Positions 49,928-57,460 of a stretch of DNA of 64,000 nucleotides are shown here, one piece after another (position 1 is the first letter of the stretch; each line of letters starts with the position of its first letter). The stretch is from Chloroflexota bacterium (GTDB lineage Bacteria > Chloroflexota > Dehalococcoidia > Bin125), in contig JAPPBN010000046.1 in the NCBI GenBank assembly GCA_026705025.1, positions 4,031-68,030 on the forward strand, given 5' to 3'. The notes under the pieces are model-generated. The model made no database searches and had not been told where the DNA came from. It saw nothing but the letters and a program-made list of their open reading frames with translations. Position numbers and translations under genes: made by a program.

Positions 49928-50962
49928 ATGCGAGCACTGATTTTCGACCGCCCCGGTGAGATTCGGGTTGGCGATCTGCCGTCTCCGAATCCGGGCCCCG
50001 GCGAGGCGGTGATCGAAGTCGGCGCGGCGAGCGTCTGCGCGTCCGACCTGCGCGTCTACCGGGGCGAGAAGTACGCCAAGGCCGGCGTGGTGCCGGGGCA
50101 CGAGTTCGCCGGTCAGGTCGTCGCGCTCGGTGAAGGCGTCAGCGATCTGAGCCTGGGCGACGGTGTCGCCGTCTATCCGATCATTTCCTGCGGCGGATGT
50201 GAGTTCTGCCGCCGCGGTCTACGCAACCGCTGTACCTCGCGCCAAACACTTGGCTATGACGCCAACGGCGGCCTGGCCGAGCAGGTTCTGTTGCCCGCAC
50301 CGCTGGTCGCCCAGGGACATGCGGTCAAACTCCCCGACGGGGCCGACTGGGGACGGGCGGCGCTGACGGAGCCGACCGCCTGCGTGCTCAACTCGTTGGA
50401 GTCCTGTCGCTTTCGCGCTGGCGCGTCAGTGGCGATCCTCGGCGCCGGACCGATGGGGCTGCTCCATGTGTTGCTCGCGAGGGCGCTCGGCGCCGGCGAG
50501 ATTATCGTCTCGGAACCGGTCGATGTGCGCCGCGCGGCGGCAGCCGAGGTTGGCGCTTCGCGGGTATGCGGCGGCGATCCGGACGAACTGCGGGCGACCG
50601 TCGACGAGGCGACCGGCGGCAATGGCTGTGATGTCGTGATTGTCTCGGTGGGTCTGGGTGGTCTGACGGAGGCGGCGCTGCAGGTCGCCGGACGACAGAG
50701 CAGCGTCAACCTGTTTGCCGGTTTCCCGCCCGAGTCGTCGGCGATCGTCGACGTCAATGACCTGCACTATCGAGAGGTGTCGCTGACCGGCACACAGAAC
50801 GCCACGCCCGACCAGTTTCGCCGTACGGCGGCGATCTTGCCGACGCTCGACGCGGTCGATCACATCGTGTCGCATCGATTCGCGCTGTCGGAGGCCGATC
50901 AGTCGTACACCTCGCGTGAGGATCCATCGGTGCTCAAGACCGCCGTGTTACCGGACGCCTGA
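49928..50962 (+). CDS. Zinc-dependent alcohol/polyol dehydrogenase (MDR family)
   Basis: CASD, GHE, CGGCEFC...C, GAGPMG. Confidence 0.95.
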   Translation: MRALIFDRPGEIRVGDLPSPNPGPGEAVIEVGAASVCASDLRVYRGEKYAKAGVVPGHEFAGQVVALGEGVSDLSLGDGVAVYPIISCGGCEFCRRGLRNRCTSRQTLGYDANGGLAEQVLLPAPLVAQGHAVKLPDGADWGRAALTEPTACVLNSLESCRFRAGASVAILGAGPMGLLHVLLARALGAGEIIVSEPVDVRRAAAAEVGASRVCGGDPDELRATVDEATGGNGCDVVIVSVGLGGLTEAALQVAGRQSSVNLFAGFPPESSAIVDVNDLHYREVSLTGTQNATPDQFRRTAAILPTLDAVDHIVSHRFALSEADQSYTSREDPSVLKTAVLPDA

Positions 50963-50964
50963 TC

Positions 50965-51741
50965 ATGGTGGGCCGAGGCGACGGCTATCTGACCGGCATC
51001 GGCGAGGAACTGCGCCAGGCCAGGATTCGCCGCGGCCGCTCGATCGCACAGGCGCACCAGGCCACCAGAATTGCCCGGCACTATCTTGAGGCGCTCGAGG
51101 CCGAGGACTGGCGGCGCATGCCGGCCGCACCGTTCGCGCGAGGATTCCTCAGTTCGTACGCGCAGTACCTGGGCCTTGACGAGGGGCCGCTGCTGGCCCG
51201 TTTCCCATTTGAGCCCAGCGCCCCGGGGGAGGGGTTGCAGCTCAGCGATGAGACGATTGAGTCGTATCAGTCGGTGGAACGCAGCGGCACGCCGCGTGAG
51301 GAGCTGCGGCCCTCGCGAGTCCACCTGGGGCCGTGGCTGGTTGCCGCTGTTGTCGTCCTGGTGATTATCGGCGCGGTCGTGGCAGTCGTCAGTTTGCGCG
51401 AAGAGGCGTTGCCGGTGGAGGAAACCCGCGACGTGCCGGGAATCGACACGGTGGCGGAGACGCTGGATCAAACGAATGCCCCGCAGATCAACACGAACGC
51501 GGATTTCCAGCCATTGCCCGACCTTCGGCAATTCACATCGCGCGAGGCCGTCAGCTACATCAAGCTGCTCAACGCGCCCTATGTGGTCGTCTCGATTTAT
51601 GACGATTCGCCGGTCGGAACCGTGCTGGAGCAGTCTCCAGCGCCCGGCGCTGAACCGCCCGAGGACGCGGTGATCACACTGGTCGTCAGCCGCGGGCCGC
51701 GTCCCGGCGCGTCGACCGATACCGGGTCGGGCGGCGGTTGA
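50965..51741 (+). CDS. RodZ-like HTH membrane protein with C-terminal PASTA domain
   Basis: IGEELRQAR...YLEALE...FARGFLSSYA.YLGL, one TM, then LPDL...GTVLEQSPAPG...ITLVVSRGP. Confidence 0.85.
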   Translation: MVGRGDGYLTGIGEELRQARIRRGRSIAQAHQATRIARHYLEALEAEDWRRMPAAPFARGFLSSYAQYLGLDEGPLLARFPFEPSAPGEGLQLSDETIESYQSVERSGTPREELRPSRVHLGPWLVAAVVVLVIIGAVVAVVSLREEALPVEETRDVPGIDTVAETLDQTNAPQINTNADFQPLPDLRQFTSREAVSYIKLLNAPYVVVSIYDDSPVGTVLEQSPAPGAEPPEDAVITLVVSRGPRPGASTDTGSGGG

Positions 51742-53027
51742 TGCGTTACCAGATCGTCACCCTGGGCTGTCCGAAGAACACGACCGACTCGGATCGGATT
51801 GCCCGCGAGTTGGAGCAAGCCGGTCACCGTTCGACTGGCGATCGGCAGGCGGCGGACCTGGTGATTCTCAACACTTGCGGCTTCATCGACGACGCACGCG
51901 ACGAGTCGCGCCAGGCGGCGGAGCTGCTGGCTGCCGAGCGTTTGCCGAGTCAGCAAGTGGTCGTGACCGGATGTTGGTCACAGATTGAGCGCGAACAGGT
52001 GATCGCGATCGACGGCATTGGAGCCACATTCGGGATCGAGGCCTGGCAGCAGATCGCCGAGCACGCGGGCGCTGTCGAACCCGAACGAGACATACCCGAA
52101 ACCTCAATCGGGATCGGTCCGTCGGCGTACCTGAAGATCTCCGACGGCTGCGCGCGGCCCTGCACTTTCTGCAACATCCCGGCGATCAAGGGGCGACAGT
52201 TCCGCAGCGTTGAGCCCGATGCGCTGGTCCGGGAGGCCCGCGACCTTGTGGGGCGCGGGGCGCGAGAGGTCGTGCTGGTTGCCCAGGACAGTACGGCGTA
52301 CGGCGCCGAATGGGGCGACGCGAACGGGCTGGCGCGCCTGATCGAGCGGCTCGCGGTGGAGTCGGGCGCCGACTGGCTGCGCCTGATGTACGCCTATCCC
52401 GGATTCGTCACGCCGAGCCTGGTCGAGGTGATGGCGAATACACCGCAGGTGTGCCGCTACCTCGACATCCCGTTGCAGCACGGGTCGCCATCGGTCCTGC
52501 GGCGGATGAAACGCCCGCACAACATGAGCATGGTCCGGGGAACCCTGGATCGGCTGCGCCAGGCGATGCCCGACATCGCGATTCGGACGACGTTTATTGT
52601 CGGCTTCCCCGGCGAAACGGATTCTGAGTTTCAGGAGTTGCTCCAATTTGCATCCGACGCGGAGTTCGACCGGGCCGGCGCGTTCGTCTACTCGCCGCAG
52701 GACGGCACTCCTGCCGCCGTCATGTCCGAGCAGATTGCGGAGGATGTGAAGCAACGTCGGCACGAAGAACTGATGCTGCTGCTGGCCGATGTGTCGGCCC
52801 GCAAGAACGAGCGCCAGGTTGGCCGGCGGATGACGATGCTGGTCGAGTCGGAGCCGGGCCAGACCACTGAAGACGGGGAGCCGATCATCGCCGGACGGAC
52901 GTATCGCGAAGCGGCTGAAGTGGACGGGCTCGTCTTCGCGCTGGGCGAGGCGGCGCCGGGAGAGTTCCGGCCGGTCGAAATCGTCGAGGCGATGGGCCAC
53001 GATCTGTGGGCCGAGTTGGTCGACTAG
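51741..53027 (+). CDS. rimO: Ribosomal protein S12 methylthiotransferase RimO
   Basis: LGCPKN, NTCGFI, CARPCTFC, YLDIPLQH, TRAM (AEVDG). Confidence 0.95.
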   Translation: MRYQIVTLGCPKNTTDSDRIARELEQAGHRSTGDRQAADLVILNTCGFIDDARDESRQAAELLAAERLPSQQVVVTGCWSQIEREQVIAIDGIGATFGIEAWQQIAEHAGAVEPERDIPETSIGIGPSAYLKISDGCARPCTFCNIPAIKGRQFRSVEPDALVREARDLVGRGAREVVLVAQDSTAYGAEWGDANGLARLIERLAVESGADWLRLMYAYPGFVTPSLVEVMANTPQVCRYLDIPLQHGSPSVLRRMKRPHNMSMVRGTLDRLRQAMPDIAIRTTFIVGFPGETDSEFQELLQFASDAEFDRAGAFVYSPQDGTPAAVMSEQIAEDVKQRRHEELMLLLADVSARKNERQVGRRMTMLVESEPGQTTEDGEPIIAGRTYREAAEVDGLVFALGEAAPGEFRPVEIVEAMGHDLWAELVD

Positions 53028-53317
53028 AGCGCGATCGTCTCGGTCGACACCGTCCGCACCTGGCAATCCAGACGCAGATCCTCGACGAATGCCAACACTC
53101 GTTGCGCCGTGGCGTGGGAAATCTGGGAGTCGGACGAGATGGCGGCGAACGCCAGAGTGGCGCGGGCGGCATCGTTCTGACTCTCGACCTCTGCTGCCGC
53201 CACGGGAAATTTGTTGCGTGTCCGTTGGATGACCTGGCGAATCACGGCGCGCTTATCCTTGAGCGAGGCCGACTCGAAGATCAGCAGCTCCAGCGTGAGC
53301 ACTGTAATGAAGGTCAT
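53024..53317 (-). CDS. DUF503 (YlxP-like) protein
   Basis: SLKDKR.VI...NKF.VAAAEV. Confidence 0.88.
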   Translation of the reverse strand: MTFITVLTLELLIFESASLKDKRAVIRQVIQRTRNKFPVAAAEVESQNDAARATLAFAAISSDSQISHATAQRVLAFVEDLRLDCQVRTVSTETIAL

Positions 53318-53907
53318 GTCTGGTCTCCGGCAGTGTCCTGGGGTTTGAGCGGAAGGACTGCTTGCTCTGCCGGCGGTGCCAACTGTTCGAGCGGCGGGAG
53401 TTGATCAAGCGCGCTGAGTCCAAAGTGGTCGAGGAAGCGCGGCGTGACGCTCCAGAGCAGCGGCTGTCCGGGCGTATCCAGGCGCCCGCTGGGCGTGATC
53501 AGATCACGCGCGCGCAGCGAGCGGATCACGCCCGAGGCGCCGACGCCGCGGACTCGCTCGACCTGGTCTCGCGTGACCGGCTGGTGATAGGCGATGATTG
53601 CCAGGGTCTCCAGAGACGCCCTGGACAGCCGCGGCGGCGTGTCCAGTCCGAGCAGCCGCTCGACGTACGGCGCCGCTTCGGGGGCCGAGACCAGGGCCAC
53701 GCTGTGTTCGTGCCGGCGGATTCGGATGCCGCCCGAATGGTCGGCTTCCATCTCCTCGATCATCGACTGGACCTTGGCGTCTGAGACTCCCGTCACCCGC
53801 GCCAGGGTGCGAATGCTCGGCGGCGATTCAGCCACCAGCAGGAGTGCCTCCAACGTGAGCCGCAGATTCTCGGGCGGCGGCAAGGAGGCCGGTTCTTCGG
53901 TTGTCAT
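53314..53907 (-). CDS. scpB: SMC-Scp complex subunit ScpB
   Basis: LSRASLETLAIIAYHQPVTR, FLDHFGL..L.QLP. Confidence 0.95.
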   Translation of the reverse strand: MTTEEPASLPPPENLRLTLEALLLVAESPPSIRTLARVTGVSDAKVQSMIEEMEADHSGGIRIRRHEHSVALVSAPEAAPYVERLLGLDTPPRLSRASLETLAIIAYHQPVTRDQVERVRGVGASGVIRSLRARDLITPSGRLDTPGQPLLWSVTPRFLDHFGLSALDQLPPLEQLAPPAEQAVLPLKPQDTAGDQT

Positions 53908-55190
53908 CCCAGGAGCTCGCCGAACAGACCGGTCTCATCGGCAGAGTTGATGCTCACGCCGCGGAGTTGGTTTGTGAGATCTGCTTCGGACCTGGCCCGG
54001 ACCGGCAGGTACGTGTCGGTCAGACCGGAATCGGCTGACTCGAACAACACGGACTGCACCGTTCCGACGCAGCGTTCGAGCGCAGCGGTTCGATGAATTG
54101 CGCCCATTGCCCGTAGCTCCGCCGCGCGGCTCTGCTTGGTTTGTGGTGAGACGTCATCCTCCAGTAAGCCGGCCGAGGTGCCAGGCCGAGGAGAGTAGGG
54201 AAACACATGTACATCGGTGAAGCGCAGTTCCTCCATCAGACGCATCGTCTGTCGATGGTCGGTTTCGGTCTCGCCGGGAAATCCGGCGATGATGTCAGTC
54301 GTGATCGACGCCCTCGGCACAGCGCCGCGGATCGTGTGGACGGCGTCTCGGAACTGATCCGACGTGTATCGGCGTCGCATGCGCGCGAGCACGGGGTCCG
54401 ACCCGCTCTGCAAGGCCACATGGAAGTGCCGGCACATCCGCGAATCGTCCCAGCAGGCGAGCAATTGCGGTGTGATGTCCTGGGGTTGAATCGACGAGTA
54501 GCGAATGCGCGGCGCGTCGGTCTGGGTCAGGAGCGCTTCGATCAGCGCCGCCGCCGATGCGCCGTCCGAGCGGTCGCGCCCGTATGCGCCCGGTTGGGTG
54601 CCGGTCAGTACGACTTCCTGGACGCCGTCTTCGACCCGCTCCTGGGCCTGCGCCACGATCTGATCGATTGGCAGGGCCCGCTCGCGCCCGCGGACATAGG
54701 GGACGATGCAGAATGCGCAGACGTCGTCGCAGCCTTCCTGGATCTTGATGAACGACCTGGTTCGCCCAACAGAGACGCATGCATCGCCGTTGGATGCCGA
54801 ACTCCAGTCGTTTCGGGTGATTGCGGCGAGCAGTGCGTCCGCCGCCTCGTGTTTGCGTTCGTTGCCGACGATTTGCACCTGCCCCAGCTCGCTAAGCGCT
54901 GCCGCGTCTCGCTCGGCGTAGCAACCGGTGACGATCACCGGCGCCTGCGGCGAGAGCCGATTGGCCATCCGAATCAGTCGGCGTGCCTTGCGGTCGGCAA
55001 CGTGTGTGATCGTGCAGGTGTTAATCAGATAGGCATCGGCGCGAGTCGGACGGTCGGTCGTGAGGCAACCCTGTCGCTGCAGTTCGCGGGCGGCCTGTTG
55101 TGTTTCGGCCTGGTTCAGTTTGCAACCCAGGGTCAGGGTCGCGACCACCGGAGGGCGCGGAGAGACATCGGAGGATGCACGGCGGCTCAT
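53904..55190 (-). CDS. mtaB: tRNA methylthiotransferase MtaB
   Basis: TLGCKLNQAET, INTCTIT, KIQEGCDDVCAFC, HVFPYSPRPGT. Confidence 0.93.
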   Translation of the reverse strand: MSRRASSDVSPRPPVVATLTLGCKLNQAETQQAARELQRQGCLTTDRPTRADAYLINTCTITHVADRKARRLIRMANRLSPQAPVIVTGCYAERDAAALSELGQVQIVGNERKHEAADALLAAITRNDWSSASNGDACVSVGRTRSFIKIQEGCDDVCAFCIVPYVRGRERALPIDQIVAQAQERVEDGVQEVVLTGTQPGAYGRDRSDGASAAALIEALLTQTDAPRIRYSSIQPQDITPQLLACWDDSRMCRHFHVALQSGSDPVLARMRRRYTSDQFRDAVHTIRGAVPRASITTDIIAGFPGETETDHRQTMRLMEELRFTDVHVFPYSPRPGTSAGLLEDDVSPQTKQSRAAELRAMGAIHRTAALERCVGTVQSVLFESADSGLTDTYLPVRARSEADLTNQLRGVSINSADETGLFGELLG

Positions 55191-55233
55191 GCCAACCTAC
55201 GATACTGACAGCAAGCGCTGACGGAGGTGTGAG

Positions 55234-55365
55234 ATGGTGGAGATCGGCCTGGCAATTCTGTTCGTCAGCATCCTCGTCGCCGCCGACCGAGGTCGCTACG
55301 ACACGCTGAATGAGAAGATGCGCGACTTCGTCGACTGGCTGGACCGTCCGGAAGATCAGCAATAG
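55234..55365 (+). CDS. 43-aa small membrane protein (absent from the ORF track)
   Basis: GGAGGT RBS; MVEIGLAILFVSILVAADRGRYDTLNEKMRDFVDWLDRPEDQQ; followed by a palindrome. Confidence 0.65.
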   Translation: MVEIGLAILFVSILVAADRGRYDTLNEKMRDFVDWLDRPEDQQ

Positions 55366-55368
55366 CCA

Positions 55369-55388
55369 CGGCAGCCCCGGGGCTGCCG
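55369..55388 (+). terminator. Perfect 20-bp GC palindrome after the small ORF
   Basis: cggcagcccc|ggggctgccg. Confidence 0.5.
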
Positions 55389-55431
55389 GGGTCGCTGCCT
55401 TCCTCGCGTGTCAAGCAGACAACGGACACAA

Positions 55432-55482
55432 TTGACAACGCCGTACGTGCGTACTACGTTCAACCTAACCGAACGTACGTAC
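55432..55482 (+). promoter_or_regulatory. Sigma70 promoter TTGACA-N17-TACGTT with two LexA-like boxes
   Basis: GTACgtgcGTAC at 55443-55454 in the spacer; GAACgtacGTAC at 55471-55482. Confidence 0.7.
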
Positions 55483-55493
55483 AGGATGATCCG

Positions 55494-55724
55494 ATGGCGA
55501 GCAAGCGTCCCGGTTCGAGTGCAGGCTTCATCGCTCGCGGCGCTCAACTGCCGCTGATGATGGAATCCTCGCCCACCGCTCGGGTTTCGTATCCGGGTCC
55601 GCGACGGGGAAGTTCCGTCTGTCCTCGCTGCGCCGGTCCGACGGCGAGTCACGGGAGGCGCGTTGTCTGTGTGATCTGTGGGTTCGGATCACGGCCGCGA
55701 AAAGGTCGGAGGCGCGTACGATAG
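55494..55724 (+). CDS. Small Zn-ribbon protein, putatively SOS-induced
   Basis: CPRC...CVICG; AGGA upstream; directly behind the promoter. Confidence 0.6.
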   Translation: MASKRPGSSAGFIARGAQLPLMMESSPTARVSYPGPRRGSSVCPRCAGPTASHGRRVVCVICGFGSRPRKGRRRVR

Positions 55725-55728
55725 AGCG

Positions 55729-55914
55729 GTGAGCATCCTCATCGCCATCGTGATCCTGGCCCTGCTAATCGCCGTGTTATACATGCGCGGCCTGCTGACA
55801 TTTGGAAACTTGCTATCCGTCTATCGACGGATTCTGCTCGCGCTTCTACTGGCGGTCGTGGCCATTCTGGTCATCGGCATTCTGCGCATTCTGGGCATCG
55901 GCGCGGGCGACTGA
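55729..55914 (+). CDS. Small two-TM membrane protein
   Basis: Two hydrophobic helices; TACGAT 6 nt before the GTG suggests a leaderless start. Confidence 0.65.
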   Translation: MSILIAIVILALLIAVLYMRGLLTFGNLLSVYRRILLALLLAVVAILVIGILRILGIGAGD

Positions 55915-55917
55915 ACG

Positions 55918-57036
55918 ATGCGCGTCGTCATCGCGCCGCAAGAGTTCAAGGGCAGCTTGACTGCCGTCGCAGCGGCGTCCACGATTCAGACCGGCGTGAT
56001 GTCCGTGTTCACCAATGCCGTGATTGACAGCGCACCGATGGCGGATGGCGGTCCGGGGACGGTTGACGCGATTGTTCACGCGGCCGGGGGGCGCACGTCC
56101 ATTGCCCGGGTGGACGGTCCACTGGGTGGCCCGGTAGACGCCCGCTGGGGCCGGATCGACGAGGGTCGCACCGCCGTGATCGAAATGGCTGCGGCGTCTG
56201 GGTTGACGCTGCTGCGCCGGGACGAGCTGGATCCGCGCCGGGCGTCGACCTACGGCACGGGCCAACTGATCAAGCACGCACTTGACGCCGGCGTCGAACG
56301 AATCCTGATCGGCGTGGGCGGCAGCGCGACGAACGACGGCGGAGCGGGCATGGCCGAAGCGTTAGGCGCCGTCTTCCTCGACGAGCAGGGTCAACGGCTG
56401 GCTCCCGGAGGAGCATCGTTGGCCGGACTGGCGGCAATCGACGTCGACCAACTCGATTCCCGACTCGACGACGTGGGTATGACTGTCCTCTGTGATGTAC
56501 AGAATCCCCTCCTGGGGCCGGAGGGCGCGAGCGCTGTTTACGGACCGCAAAAGGGGGCGGACCCTGTCTGTGTCGGCGAGCTCGACCGTGCGTTGTCGAA
56601 CTTTGCAGCGATCCTGGAGCGGGATCTGGAAGCCAAGGTCGCCGACGTGCCCGGAGCGGGAGCGGCCGGGGGACTCGCGGCGGGTCTGATGGCATTCTGC
56701 GGCGCGACACTGCAGTCAGGCTTTGCGGCGGTATCGGAAGCTGTTCACTTGCCTGAGAGGATCGCTCGGGCGGACCTCGTGATCACCGGTGAGGGACGGC
56801 TGGACACACAATCGGCCTACGGCAAGACAGTGGCCGGCGTTGCAGAGCTGGCGAAGGCAGCGAACGTTCCCTGTCTCGCTATTGCCGGCCTGATTGAGGG
56901 TGAGGCGGAACTGCCCGGTCTGATCGACTGTGAAGCGTCGACGCCTTCCGGAATGCCCGTCGAGGAGGCAATGGCTCGAACCGGGGAACTGATTCCGGCC
57001 GCCGTCGTTCGGCTGCTGGAGCGTTATTCGAGGTAG
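55918..57036 (+). CDS. glxK: Glycerate kinase
   Basis: IAPQEFKGSL, PMADGG.GT, GGSATNDGG, ITGEGRLD. Confidence 0.95.
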   Translation: MRVVIAPQEFKGSLTAVAAASTIQTGVMSVFTNAVIDSAPMADGGPGTVDAIVHAAGGRTSIARVDGPLGGPVDARWGRIDEGRTAVIEMAAASGLTLLRRDELDPRRASTYGTGQLIKHALDAGVERILIGVGGSATNDGGAGMAEALGAVFLDEQGQRLAPGGASLAGLAAIDVDQLDSRLDDVGMTVLCDVQNPLLGPEGASAVYGPQKGADPVCVGELDRALSNFAAILERDLEAKVADVPGAGAAGGLAAGLMAFCGATLQSGFAAVSEAVHLPERIARADLVITGEGRLDTQSAYGKTVAGVAELAKAANVPCLAIAGLIEGEAELPGLIDCEASTPSGMPVEEAMARTGELIPAAVVRLLERYSR

Positions 57037-57455
57037 GGCGTCCGGCGCTCGCTCAGCTTGATTGCACCACGAACGTGGTTCCTGGGCGGCGGCGAGATGC
57101 CGATTTCGTCCAGCCGATCGTCGTCGATACCGAAATGGTGCGCCACCTCGTGCAACACCGTTTCGCGGACCTGCTCGACGATGTCGTCCTCGCTCCGGCA
57201 AATGCTCTCGATTGGTTGCTGATAGATCATGATTCGGTCGGGCAAGGTCTCCCCGTACCAACCACGATTGGTCAGCGGCTGGCCCACATACAGGCCCAGC
57301 AGCGTCTGACGCGGTCCGAGTCCGACGGATTCTCGTTCTTCCGGCGTCGGTTGATTGCGGAGCAGGATGACGACATTCTCCATTCGATCGGCCAACTCGT
57401 CCGGGATCTCGTCCAGGGCACGCTCAACCAGGCGGCGAAAGCGGGAACGTCGCAT
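57024..57455 (-). CDS. Zincin-like metallopeptidase (Zincin_1/DUF1025)
   Basis: LLGLY.G.PL, PDRI.IY, HEVAHHFG. Confidence 0.9.
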   Translation of the reverse strand: MRRSRFRRLVERALDEIPDELADRMENVVILLRNQPTPEERESVGLGPRQTLLGLYVGQPLTNRGWYGETLPDRIMIYQQPIESICRSEDDIVEQVRETVLHEVAHHFGIDDDRLDEIGISPPPRNHVRGAIKLSERRTPYLE

Positions 57456-57460
57456 GGACC

